The notes beneath the pieces were generated by a model. The model had not been told where the DNA came from. It saw only the letters and a program-made list of their open reading frames with translations, and did not search any database. This document shows positions 1 through 9,160 of a stretch of DNA of 32,000 nt, one piece after another. The translations under genes and the position numbers were made by a program. Each line of letters starts with the position of its first letter. The first letter of the stretch is position 1. The DNA lies in NCBI RefSeq assembly GCF_023169545.1, contig NZ_AP019769.1:180001-212000 (forward strand), read 5' to 3'. The stretch comes from Nanobdella aerobiophila. GTDB lineage: Archaea > Nanobdellota > Nanobdellia > Nanobdellales > Nanobdellaceae.

Positions 1-1
1 G

Positions 2-181
2 CTACCAGATGGATTAAAGCTGAAGGAAATGTATTTTGACGAAAAAAACAATATTGCAGTTTGTAAGTGGGAGGCAGAAGATCCGCAAAAGTTATTAGAT
101 ACAGCTAAGCAATTAAATGTGGATTGGGATATAAAAGTATTAGTTGGACCAAAGGAATTATATAAAAAGAAGTTATTCTAA
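2..181 (+). CDS. C-terminal fragment of a small protein of unknown function (possibly DUF4242-like)
   Basis: Open frame from window start, ...LPDGLKLKEMYFDEKNNIAVCKWEAEDPQKLLDTAKQLNVDWDIKVLVGPKELYKKKLF*, with stop at 179-181. It overlaps the convergent Hef gene by 9 bp. The family guess is weak. Confidence 0.5.
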   Translation, partial: LPDGLKLKEMYFDEKNNIAVCKWEAEDPQKLLDTAKQLNVDWDIKVLVGPKELYKKKLF

Positions 182-2380
182 TTTTTTAAATTCTTCTTCA
201 AATATTTTTTTGATTCTATCTGCTTTTTTCTCTCCTATCATATCTCTTAAATCTGCTTTCTGAGCAAGAAATATATTTTTTAGGGATTTAAACCTCTCTA
301 GTAATTTATATGCTAAGTTTTCTCCTATCCCTGGTATTATTTTTAATATTTCTAGTTTTATTTCATCCAGATCACTGTATTTTTTTAGTTTTTCTGGTAT
401 TTTAGGAAATTTCTTATAATTCTTTGCTAATAGATACAAATAATTTGCAGTTTCTAGAAAGTCATAGGTCCTTATTATTGGTATATCATACTCAAACATT
501 ATTTTTAATATTAAAGTCCTCAAATAATTCTTTGTTATTTGTGTATTTAGATCTAAATTATCATCGGATCCTTCTAAAATCAATATAGAATTTAGGTCTT
601 TTAATCTTTCTAGTTGATTATAAAGTCTACCATCTAATATAGAATTTATAAAGTCTAATATATTCTTTCTTTCTATTATATAGTCTCCAATTATATAGTC
701 TCCTGTTTCTAGATTATCTAATTTAACTAGTATATCTGTATTCGCTAGCGTTTGTATAACTCCAGACTCTTTCTCTTTGTAATCGGCTATTATTATTGGT
801 GTATTATCTTCTTTTGTAGTTTCTTGGCTACTATTTGATATATATTTTATTATTCCAGTATTATTTTTAGTTTCAGTTTTTTCCATTTTTGTTTCTATAT
901 TATTATTAATATTAATGTTAATATATTTTTTTAATCTTTTTATCAATGTAAACATCTTTCTTTCCTTTTGTATCGCGACCCAATAAAATCTCTGATCTAA
1001 TGTACCCCTTGTAATTAATATTATTGTCCTTCCAATTTCTCCTCTACCTGTTCTACCTCTTCTCTGAATATATCTTATTTCTGATGGTACAGGTTCATAA
1101 AATATAACTATATCCACTTTTGGTATATCTATTCCTTCTTCTCCTACGGAGGTAGATAGTAAGACACTAAACTGATTTTCTGAAAACATCTTAAGTAATT
1201 CAGCCTGCTTTAATCTATTCATCTCTTTTTTACCGACGAATTTTTCAGCTTTTATTCCATTTTTTAAACAGACATCTTTTATTATATCTAGGGTTTTTCT
1301 TATTTGCGCAAATACAATTATTTTCTTATCCTTATTCTCTTTCAATATTTCTATTAATTTTAATAATTTTGGGTGTTCTAATCCGTGATTTATATATTCT
1401 TTCGTCAGGTTAACGGCTTTCTTTATCCTAATATCATTTATTATATTATAATCAGCTCTTGATTTTCTTATGCTATTCTCTATTTGATTATAGTAGTCTA
1501 TAAATGTACCTAAAGACTGAGTTTCTAATAATTCTATTGCATGGGAGATCTTTAATAGTTCAGATAGCAATATTATTATAATTCGTAGCCTATAATCTTT
1601 ACTATACTGCATATTCTTCTTAATTTCGGTTATCCATTGTAATATATCCGTTTTCCCCTTATATATTTCTATTGATGGATCAAGCTCCTTTACCTTATAT
1701 AATCTATCATAATATGCCTTATTTAATAATGATATTATATTCTTTATCTTATCATCTAGATCTACTTCGTACTTTTCTATATCAATATCCTTCATGTATT
1801 TTTCTATATCTTCTTCTTTTCCAGTTCTTATTTCTATGTTTTTTATATGTAAATTTTCCATTACCTCCTTTATTCTATCTATATTCCAGCCTGGAGATGC
1901 TGTTAGGGCTAGTATCCTCCCATCTTTATTTTGACTATAAAATCTTTGTGCTATAAATGTGTAAGAATATTTTTTGACTGCTCTATGTGCTTCGTCAAAT
2001 ATTATTGTAGAAGAATCATAAAATATAACTTTTCCAGATATTAGATCATTTTGTAATGTTTGTGGGGTAATAAATATTATTTGTCCTTGTTTATATAGGT
2101 AAGATCGTCTTTCATTATTTATATCTCCAGTTATTAAGATAGATTTGTCTTTATATTCTTCAAAAATCTTTATAAAATTTTGATAATGTTGACTTACCAA
2201 TGGTTTTGTAGGTGCTAGAAAATATACTTTTTTATCAGGATATAATTTTAATCTTTCAATAATTAAGAAGAATGCAATTATAGTTTTACCTGTACCTGTA
2301 GGTAAAATAACTAAAGTATTATCTTTTAGGCATGTATCTAAGATATTTTTCTGATATTCTCTTAATTCTATATTAATCAT
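173..2380 (-). CDS. hef: Hef-type (XPF/FANCM family) SF2 helicase fused to ERCC4 nuclease and HhH domains
   Basis: Walker A PTGTGKT, DEAH box (DEAHRA), QYIQRRGRTGR motif VI (IRYIQRRGRTGRG), ERCC4 nuclease signature GDYIIERKNILDFINSI, and a C-terminal HhH region (LKIIPGIGENLAYKLL). Confidence 0.93.
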   Translation of the reverse strand: MINIELREYQKNILDTCLKDNTLVILPTGTGKTIIAFFLIIERLKLYPDKKVYFLAPTKPLVSQHYQNFIKIFEEYKDKSILITGDINNERRSYLYKQGQIIFITPQTLQNDLISGKVIFYDSSTIIFDEAHRAVKKYSYTFIAQRFYSQNKDGRILALTASPGWNIDRIKEVMENLHIKNIEIRTGKEEDIEKYMKDIDIEKYEVDLDDKIKNIISLLNKAYYDRLYKVKELDPSIEIYKGKTDILQWITEIKKNMQYSKDYRLRIIIILLSELLKISHAIELLETQSLGTFIDYYNQIENSIRKSRADYNIINDIRIKKAVNLTKEYINHGLEHPKLLKLIEILKENKDKKIIVFAQIRKTLDIIKDVCLKNGIKAEKFVGKKEMNRLKQAELLKMFSENQFSVLLSTSVGEEGIDIPKVDIVIFYEPVPSEIRYIQRRGRTGRGEIGRTIILITRGTLDQRFYWVAIQKERKMFTLIKRLKKYINININNNIETKMEKTETKNNTGIIKYISNSSQETTKEDNTPIIIADYKEKESGVIQTLANTDILVKLDNLETGDYIIGDYIIERKNILDFINSILDGRLYNQLERLKDLNSILILEGSDDNLDLNTQITKNYLRTLILKIMFEYDIPIIRTYDFLETANYLYLLAKNYKKFPKIPEKLKKYSDLDEIKLEILKIIPGIGENLAYKLLERFKSLKNIFLAQKADLRDMIGEKKADRIKKIFEEEFKKLE

Positions 2381-2678
2381 TATTATTATCTTTATTTGAT
2401 CTTTTTATATATTTTATTATCTTTTCTTGCATATCTTTTTCTATTTTAATGTTAAAATAATCCTTGTATTTTTCTACATCTTCTCTATTAATACTTCCAA
2501 TAATCAATATATTTAATTTATTCTTCTTTCTAAATCTATCTTTATATATTTTTAATGCATTTAGAATGTTATATATATCATAATTCTTTTTTGTGATTTC
2601 ATCTATATACCATATAATATCTTTATTTCCATATATCCATATTTTCGTGTCCTTTTTAATTACTATACTATATCTCAT
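2373..2678 (-). CDS. Small protein of unknown function
   Basis: 101-aa ORF in the minus-strand operon. Its end overlaps the hef start by 8 bp. No family recognised. Confidence 0.6.
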   Translation of the reverse strand: MRYSIVIKKDTKIWIYGNKDIIWYIDEITKKNYDIYNILNALKIYKDRFRKKNKLNILIIGSINREDVEKYKDYFNIKIEKDMQEKIIKYIKRSNKDNNND

Positions 2679-2684
2679 AATATA

Positions 2685-3770
2685 TTATATTTGTGGATAG
2701 TTTAATGTTTTTATTCCATAGTCTGAAAAATGTGTTCTACAACCATTATTTTTATCTAATATATATTCAAGTTTTGGGAGATCTTTTTTATAAAAAGAAG
2801 ATATCTTTCTTATATCATAATAATATGGTAAGTCTATCTTTGAGTCACAGCTTATAATTCTGTCCATTATCTTTTTTTCATCTTTATCAAGATCTATAAT
2901 ATTTTTATTCTCATTAATTTTTTTTAAGAATTCTTCATCATACATATTTCCTGCATATATAGGTCCTAGTTTAATCATTTTATTTCCGCATATTTTACAT
3001 GTCTCTTCTTCGAAAGATTTATATCCACAGTTTTTACAATAATTAATATATTTTATATTCTCTGACAAGTAATTTAATGTATTGCTTTTATTATTTTTAA
3101 TAAAAAATACCCTATAATGATGTTTATAATAATATCCAAATATTGGCTTTAATCCAATATAATATTTTAATCCTTCTAATATAACATATTTTATTAATGC
3201 TCTTAAGCCAAATTCTAGATAGAAATCAGTTTTAATGCCTATTATATTATATTTTCTATATGCAGCTTTAGATTTAGATCCAGATAATGCGGAAATGTCA
3301 GTAGCAGTTACTCCTAAAATACCATTATTTCTTAAGGCTTGAGGAGTTAACTCTACAAAACCAATGGGAGACCCAAATGGATCTATATCTATATAGTCAT
3401 ATTTATTTCTTAATAATAGAGATCTACAATCTTGATTTTCCAATAATATATTTTCTCCTATTTCTATATTATTTATTCTTAAATTCTCCTTTATATTTTC
3501 TATAGCTTCTTTTTTTATATCATTTATATATATTTTATTTATTATTTGAGGTATCTCTTTTATGATCCTAATAGATCTTATTCCTGTAGCACTCATACAA
3601 TCTAGAATATCTATTTTCTTATTATATATATCATAATATGATTTTAATAATAATATTGTAAAATCTCTATTTATCTTCATCAAAGGATTATAAAATACAG
3701 GTAATTTTGATGAAAGGTTATTTAAAAAATCTTTATTATAATTTATTGTAGCTTTTCCTTCATTCATCAA
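2685..3770 (-). CDS. trm1: tRNA (guanine26-N2)-dimethyltransferase Trm1
   Basis: N-terminal EGKATI..., SAM site DCMSATGIRSIR, DIDPFGSP motif, and a C4-type zinc finger CKNCGYKSFEEETCKICGNK. Confidence 0.93.
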   Translation of the reverse strand: MMNEGKATINYNKDFLNNLSSKLPVFYNPLMKINRDFTILLLKSYYDIYNKKIDILDCMSATGIRSIRIIKEIPQIINKIYINDIKKEAIENIKENLRINNIEIGENILLENQDCRSLLLRNKYDYIDIDPFGSPIGFVELTPQALRNNGILGVTATDISALSGSKSKAAYRKYNIIGIKTDFYLEFGLRALIKYVILEGLKYYIGLKPIFGYYYKHHYRVFFIKNNKSNTLNYLSENIKYINYCKNCGYKSFEEETCKICGNKMIKLGPIYAGNMYDEEFLKKINENKNIIDLDKDEKKIMDRIISCDSKIDLPYYYDIRKISSFYKKDLPKLEYILDKNNGCRTHFSDYGIKTLNYPQI

Positions 3771-4089
3771 GATCTACATATATTGTATCTTCTTTTTTTA
3801 TTATCCTTAGTTTATATATTGCTGGTGGATTTTTTATACCTCTGGACCATATATATTCATTTAATCTTTTTGATAATTTTATATTTTCATTTTTATATCT
3901 TACTTTCATTATTCTTTTTATTGTACTAGCCGCTTTTTTTGCTCTTTTAAATAAGGAGGCTCTTAATAAGTATTTTCTTATATTTATTTTTATTTTATAC
4001 TCTTCTATCTTTTCTTCTTTTGGTTGTTCTTGTTGAGGTGTTTCTTGAACATTTTCTTGTTTTTCTAGTTGTACAGTTTCTTCAGGCAT
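3760..4089 (-). CDS. rpl31e: Ribosomal protein L31e (eL31) with an N-terminal acidic/Gln-rich extension
   Basis: RKYLLRASLFKRAKKAASTIKRIMKV...NEYIWSRGIKNPPAIYKLRI matches the eL31 core. Confidence 0.88.
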   Translation of the reverse strand: MPEETVQLEKQENVQETPQQEQPKEEKIEEYKIKINIRKYLLRASLFKRAKKAASTIKRIMKVRYKNENIKLSKRLNEYIWSRGIKNPPAIYKLRIIKKEDTIYVDLDE

Positions 4090-4126
4090 ATGTATTTAGA
4101 TAGAAAAAATCTTTTAAAGTATAATT

Positions 4127-4702
4127 TTATCTTTTTAAAAAATTTATTATTTCATTATTAAATTCTTCTGGTTCATCAAGATAACAGGCGTGTTTGCTGC
4201 CTATATTTATCAATTTAGAACTTTTTACATTGTATAGAAATATTTTTGCGTCTTCTTCTGTAAATATACTATCATTTTTACCTCTTATTAATAATATGTC
4301 TATTCCATCTAATAGCTTTAACTTATCCTTATTTTCTTTTACTTTTACAGGTCCAATAAGTATTATTTTATTTACAAGATTTTTATTATCTAGTGAAAAT
4401 TCTAATACATTACCTCCGCCCATCGAAGCTCCAAGAATATCTACTTTTTTTAAGTTCAATTTTTCTATAAATAGTTTTATAAATTCGGATATGGAATTAA
4501 AATTACCATTTTCTGACTCTCCAAAACCTGGAAAGTCTATAGAGTATACTTTAAATCCATTACTAGCTAATTTATCTATAGTGCCTGTTTCTTTCCATAT
4601 TCTAGCATTAAATCTTGCTCCATGAAATAATAATATTGGATATCCTTCTCCTTCTTCTATATAATATATTTTTGAATTATTTATTTCAATATATTTATCC
4701 AT
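4127..4702 (-). CDS. Compact alpha/beta hydrolase
   Basis: Oxyanion HG motif (LFHGARFN), nucleophile elbow GASMGGG, late Asp (IRGKNDSIF) and His (SKHACYLDEP). Confidence 0.85.
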   Translation of the reverse strand: MDKYIEINNSKIYYIEEGEGYPILLFHGARFNARIWKETGTIDKLASNGFKVYSIDFPGFGESENGNFNSISEFIKLFIEKLNLKKVDILGASMGGGNVLEFSLDNKNLVNKIILIGPVKVKENKDKLKLLDGIDILLIRGKNDSIFTEEDAKIFLYNVKSSKLINIGSKHACYLDEPEEFNNEIINFLKR

Positions 4703-4715
4703 TTTAATACTTTTA

Positions 4716-5432
4716 TTAATATCTTTTTAAATTTTCTTTAGAAATCCTGAAAACACCCATCAAAAGAGAGTATTCTCTTTTTGATAAAAAAGATTTACCT
4801 ACTAGATTCTTAAAACCTCTATATATTACTGGTTTTTTATATTCTTCTGTTGGTAATACCTTTAGAAACTCTTTAAACATCATGTATAAATTTGATTTTT
4901 CAAGATTATTTATTAATTTAAATCTATTTCTTATGGGGTTATTTTTAGATAAAAATAGTTCATAGAGTATTATTGCTGCAGAATGTGTTATATTCATTAT
5001 TGGAAAATTCTCATCTGCTGGTATAGTTATTATGCTGTCAAATTTGTTTAATTCGTAATTATTAAAGCCGTTTGCTTCTCTACCAAAAAATATACCAATA
5101 TCTCCAGATATATTATTTATTATACTTGATAGCTCTCTTGGTGTAATAGGGTTTCTTAATAATTCGCTTCCTTTTTTTGAAGATACCCCCGTGGTTCCAT
5201 AACATATGTCAAATAATGATACGACTTCTTCAAAATCTTCGTATATTCTTGCATTATTTATTATCTTCCATCCTTCTTTTCTAGATACAATCTTTACTTT
5301 TTCAGATTTATAATCTACCTTGGGATTTATTATTATCAAATTATGAAATCCAAAATTTGACATTACCCTCGCTAGGGCGCCTATATTTTCTTCAGATTCA
5401 GGTTCAACAAAGATTATTGTTATATTGCTCAT
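4716..5432 (-). CDS. trmJ: TrmJ-like SPOUT (SpoU) tRNA 2'-O-methyltransferase
   Basis: IIFVEPESEENIGALARVMSNFGF N-terminus; SPOUT motifs IGIFFGREANGF and IPADENFPIMNITHSAAIILYEL. Confidence 0.87.
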   Translation of the reverse strand: MSNITIIFVEPESEENIGALARVMSNFGFHNLIIINPKVDYKSEKVKIVSRKEGWKIINNARIYEDFEEVVSLFDICYGTTGVSSKKGSELLRNPITPRELSSIINNISGDIGIFFGREANGFNNYELNKFDSIITIPADENFPIMNITHSAAIILYELFLSKNNPIRNRFKLINNLEKSNLYMMFKEFLKVLPTEEYKKPVIYRGFKNLVGKSFLSKREYSLLMGVFRISKENLKRY

Positions 5433-6766
5433 GGTTCTAATCTATTCGGATCCCTGGGAACTAATACGACTTCTTTTACATTCTCTATATTTAATAATTG
5501 TTTTATAAACCTAGATATTCCAAATCCGAAGCCTCCCATAGTGGGTGATCCATATTTAAAGAACTCTAAATAAGACTTGAAATTATCAGGATTCATACCT
5601 TTTTCCTTTATCTGATTTACTAATATACTATACCTATGCTCTCTTTGAGAACCTGTAGTAATTTCTAGACCTTTATATAATAGATCAAAACTTTTTGTAG
5701 TTGTTCTTCCATCTCTCATTGGTTCACCCTTCATATGATAGAAAGGTCTAGCAGTCCAAGGCCAATCAATTATATATACGAAATCATTTTTATAATTATC
5801 TTTAATATATTTTCCTAATATTTTTTCCCCTTCAGAGCTAATATCTCCATTATCTTTAATATTGTTTTTTCCTATAATCTCATATACATCTTCCATTTTA
5901 ATTTTTTCAAATTTTTTTGGTATTTCAATATCAACATTATATAAATTTTTTATTTTATCTTCATAATTTTCCTTTATTCTATTTAAAGAATATACTATTA
6001 GTTCTTCTTCGAGGGCCATAAGATCATAGTGCGAGGATATATAACCAACTTCGATATCAAATGATGTAAATTCTGTTAAATGCCTAGATGTGAATGAAGG
6101 TTCTGCCCTAAAGGCTGGTGCTATTTCAAATACCTTTTCAAATCCGGCACATATAGCCATTTGCTTATAAAATTGTGGAGATTGAGCCAAGTACGCTTTT
6201 TTATCAAAATATTTTAGTTCAAAGACTTCAGATCCACTCTCTGTTGCGGAGCTAATTATTTTTGGAGAAAATATTTCTATAAAATTATTTTTATATAAGT
6301 ATTCTCTAGAATATTTTATAAATTCAGATATTAGTCTTATTACAAATGATTTTTGAGGATCTCTTAGATCTATCCATCTATAGTCCATTCTCTTATCGAA
6401 ATGTGAATTTTCATCAATAGGTAGAGGTGCTGCGGGTTCATTTATTAAATATAATTCATTACATAGTACTTCTTTATATTTTTTTGATATACCTTTTATA
6501 TATTTGCCATATACGACTATGAAACTACCATTAGATAATTCTTTTATAAATTCTAGAGATCCTAGTATCTCTTTTTTTAATGTAATTTGTACCTCTCCTG
6601 TTTCATCTCTCAATATTATAAAGGATATGTCTCCAATATTTTTTATATTTATTATCCAACCAGATAATACTACGTCCCTTTCATATACCATATTATTTAA
6701 GTTTGAAATGTTTACTCTATTTTTTAGTAGTTCCAAACCTTTCTTCATATCATTTATATTTACCAT
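5429..6766 (-). CDS. aspS: Aspartyl-tRNA synthetase (archaeal type)
   Basis: OB-fold N-terminus (VVLSGWIINIKNIGDISFIILRDETGEVQIT), class II motif 2 (EKVFEIAPAFRAEPSFTSRHLTEFTSFDIE), and motif 3 (GGFGFGISRFIKQLL). Confidence 0.95.
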   Translation of the reverse strand: MVNINDMKKGLELLKNRVNISNLNNMVYERDVVLSGWIINIKNIGDISFIILRDETGEVQITLKKEILGSLEFIKELSNGSFIVVYGKYIKGISKKYKEVLCNELYLINEPAAPLPIDENSHFDKRMDYRWIDLRDPQKSFVIRLISEFIKYSREYLYKNNFIEIFSPKIISSATESGSEVFELKYFDKKAYLAQSPQFYKQMAICAGFEKVFEIAPAFRAEPSFTSRHLTEFTSFDIEVGYISSHYDLMALEEELIVYSLNRIKENYEDKIKNLYNVDIEIPKKFEKIKMEDVYEIIGKNNIKDNGDISSEGEKILGKYIKDNYKNDFVYIIDWPWTARPFYHMKGEPMRDGRTTTKSFDLLYKGLEITTGSQREHRYSILVNQIKEKGMNPDNFKSYLEFFKYGSPTMGGFGFGISRFIKQLLNIENVKEVVLVPRDPNRLEP

Positions 6767-6785
6767 ATCTCTATATCCAGAGATA

Positions 6786-7454
6786 TTACTTTAAATTTTT
6801 CATTTTTATATCAATCATTGCATGTATTTCTTTATATATTATTGTTAGTTTTTTATTATAATCTATATCATCTTTTAGGTTATATACAGATAAAAAAGGA
6901 TATTTTTTGTAATTATTTATCTTTTTCTTTAATAATTTTTCTATTCTATTCATATTATCTTTTATTTCAGTTTCTAATTTTACTCTTAGTTTATCATATC
7001 CAATATCTAAATTAAAGTATCTTTTTGTATAATAATCTATAACTAATATAGGTTTTTCAAATGCATATAATATTATTGCATCTGCGGTTTCTTTTCCTAT
7101 ACCATGAATATCTAATAACTCCTTTCTAATATAATCTACTCTATTATTTATATCTATATTTTCTATAGAATCTGCAATATTTTTTATAGTTTCTAATTTT
7201 CTTGACTTAAAGGGAACTTTTATATAATTTATATCTAAGTTTTTCAAATTGTCTATATTAAATATAAAGTTTTTTGATTTTAAATATTCTATATTTTTTT
7301 CTACAAAAGACCATTTAGTATTCTGAGTTAATATAGCTCCTAATATGACTTCAATTTTCCAGTCACCTCCTGTTTTGATATGGTAGTTCAAATCTACAGG
7401 CCACCAAAGTTGTACATTACTTTCTTTAACCAATTTTATAATATTTTCTATCAT
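6786..7454 (-). CDS. HhH-GPD DNA glycosylase, MagIII-like, lacking the Fe-S cluster cysteines
   Basis: N-terminal LWWP, GAILTQNTKW, HhH LLDIHGIGKETADAIILYAF, catalytic Asp in VIDYYTKRYF. No cysteine in the C-terminal region, where EndoIII/MutY carry the cluster. Confidence 0.8.
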   Translation of the reverse strand: MIENIIKLVKESNVQLWWPVDLNYHIKTGGDWKIEVILGAILTQNTKWSFVEKNIEYLKSKNFIFNIDNLKNLDINYIKVPFKSRKLETIKNIADSIENIDINNRVDYIRKELLDIHGIGKETADAIILYAFEKPILVIDYYTKRYFNLDIGYDKLRVKLETEIKDNMNRIEKLLKKKINNYKKYPFLSVYNLKDDIDYNKKLTIIYKEIHAMIDIKMKNLK

Positions 7455-7463
7455 ATCATTATA

Positions 7464-8090
7464 ATGATATTAAATGATAAAAAAATGAAAGATTTTATTA
7501 AAAATAAGAAAATAATAGTTGAGCCATTTGATGAAAATATGATTGGGCCTGCTTCATTGGATGTTAGATTGGGCTTTAGATTTAGGATCTTTAAAACCTT
7601 GGAAAAAGATCTTATTGATGTAAAAAATTATGAAGATATTATTTATACAAAAATAGATACAGATAATTATAAAATTAATATAGGTAAATACTCAGATATT
7701 TATATAGCAAAAGATGAAAATACTCCAATAATAATACATCCAGGTGAATTTATACTAGCATCATTATATGAGTATATAGAGGTTCCTAGTTTTTTGGTGG
7801 GGCAAATACATGGTAGGTCATCTATAGGTAGACTAGGGATAATTGTTCATACATCAGCAGGATATATAGACCCTGGATATAGAGGATATATTACATTGGA
7901 AATAGTGAATGTTAATAAGGTACCTATAAAATTATATCCTAAAATGAAAATTGCTCAGATAGTATTTTTTGAAATAGAGCCACCAGAGATTCCGTATGAC
8001 AAGAGGAAAAGTTCAAAATATCTGGGTGAAGAGGGAGCAACCCAATCATTAATAACAAAAGATTTTGACTTTAAGGGCATTGGGCTATAA
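7464..8090 (+). CDS. dcd: dCTP deaminase / dUTPase-like protein
   Basis: GPASLDVRLG, HPGEFILAS, GRSSIGRLGIIVHTSAGYIDPGYRGYITLEI, KIAQIVFFE. The supplied ORF opens at 7380, but start 7464 gives a proper N-terminus (MILNDKKMKDFI) and has a TATA-like box 26 nt upstream. Confidence 0.92.
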   Translation: MILNDKKMKDFIKNKKIIVEPFDENMIGPASLDVRLGFRFRIFKTLEKDLIDVKNYEDIIYTKIDTDNYKINIGKYSDIYIAKDENTPIIIHPGEFILASLYEYIEVPSFLVGQIHGRSSIGRLGIIVHTSAGYIDPGYRGYITLEIVNVNKVPIKLYPKMKIAQIVFFEIEPPEIPYDKRKSSKYLGEEGATQSLITKDFDFKGIGL

Positions 8091-8292
8091 AATTTTATTC
8101 AGTGTAAGATATTATCTATAGAGATATTTTTATGGTTGGCCAAGTTTATATAGAACAAATATTATATAATTAGAATTATAATATCCATTTAGATATCTAT
8201 TCCCATGATTTAAATTACACTTAAATTTTATACATAAAAATTCCAGCATAAGGGTGTAGTGCTTTGTCCATGAAGATAAGGTAGTTTACTAA

Positions 8293-8306
8293 TAACTTTT
8301 AAATAT
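8293..8306 (+). promoter_or_regulatory. TATA-box-like element for the L18e-L13-S9 operon
   Basis: CTTTTAAATATT centred about 26 nt upstream of ATG 8327. This is the expected spacing for an archaeal leaderless transcript. Confidence 0.6.
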
Positions 8307-8326
8307 TTTTTATATAGTTATGAAAA

Positions 8327-8692
8327 ATGGTCAAAAGAACTGGACCGACTAATATTTATCTAAGGAAATTAATACATAAATTAAAAAAAGAGGGAAAAAA
8401 GAATGAAGCAGGGATATATCTATATTTAGCTAAGCTACTGAATAGATCTACCAGAAAAAGAGTAGAGGTTAATTTGGGAAAATTACAAAAATATGCTAAG
8501 GATGGTGATACAGTAGTTATACCAGGAAAGTTGTTGGCTTCAAATAATTTCAATAAAAAATTAACTATATCTGTATGGAGATATTCTCAATCGGCAAGAG
8601 AGAAAGCAGAGAAGGCTGGTAGTACAATAATATCCATTGAAGAGTTATTAGAGGCTAATCCAAAAGGTTCTAATGTAAAGATAATAATATGA
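8327..8692 (+). CDS. rpl18e: Ribosomal protein L18e (eL18)
   Basis: GPTNIYLRKLIHKLKK...RSTRKRVEVNLGKL...VVIPGKLL, plus the conserved archaeal L18e-L13-S9 gene order. Confidence 0.92.
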   Translation: MVKRTGPTNIYLRKLIHKLKKEGKKNEAGIYLYLAKLLNRSTRKRVEVNLGKLQKYAKDGDTVVIPGKLLASNNFNKKLTISVWRYSQSAREKAEKAGSTIISIEELLEANPKGSNVKIII

Positions 8693-9135
8693 TCTCTTTA
8701 GGAAGGAAGTATATAAATGCAGAGAATCATATATTGGGTAGATTATCTTCTTATGTAGCGAAATATTTATTGGAAGGGTATGAAGTATATATTATAAATT
8801 CAGAAAAGGTAATAGTAACCGGAAAATGGAAAAATCTAGTTCAATATTGGAATCATAAGATCAATGAAAGAGGAGACTGGATAAAAGGTCCATTTTATCC
8901 AAAGAGGTCAGATAAGATATTGCGCAGAGTAATAGCAGGTATGCTTCCTAGAAATAATAGGGGCTCTAATGCATTAAAGAGATTAAAAGTATATCTGGGA
9001 GTACCTGATGAACTAAAGAATATAAAATTTGAAGTCATAGATGATTGTATAATATATAATAGGTTAAATACAGGAAGAATAAAAGAATATTATACTCTAT
9101 CGGCGATAGCAAGACAGGTTGGTGGAAAGCTTTAA
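8689..9135 (+). CDS. rpl13: Ribosomal protein L13 (uL13)
   Basis: ENHILGRLSSYVAKYLLEG...RSDKILRRVIAGMLPRNNRGSNALKRLKVYLGVP. Confidence 0.94.
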   Translation: MISLGRKYINAENHILGRLSSYVAKYLLEGYEVYIINSEKVIVTGKWKNLVQYWNHKINERGDWIKGPFYPKRSDKILRRVIAGMLPRNNRGSNALKRLKVYLGVPDELKNIKFEVIDDCIIYNRLNTGRIKEYYTLSAIARQVGGKL

Positions 9136-9160
9136 AATATTTTTAGAATAAAGATATAAA

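Noticed and set aside
4194-4625. 143-aa plus-strand ORF antisense to the alpha/beta hydrolase
   Set aside because: The opposite strand has clear hydrolase motifs; this reading is low-complexity with no domain pattern. It is an antisense artefact in AT-rich sequence.
7380-7463. N-terminal 28 codons of the supplied dcd ORF (start 7380)
   Set aside because: The extension runs through the start region of the opposite-strand glycosylase and has no family resemblance. A TATA-like box inside it fits a start at 7464.
8101-8290. Possible tRNA or split-tRNA half (ggttggccaag..., gggtgtagtg...)
   Set aside because: I could not fold a D-arm/T-arm or find a GTTCRAAT T-loop on either strand. Left only as an unexplained spacer needing a covariance search.
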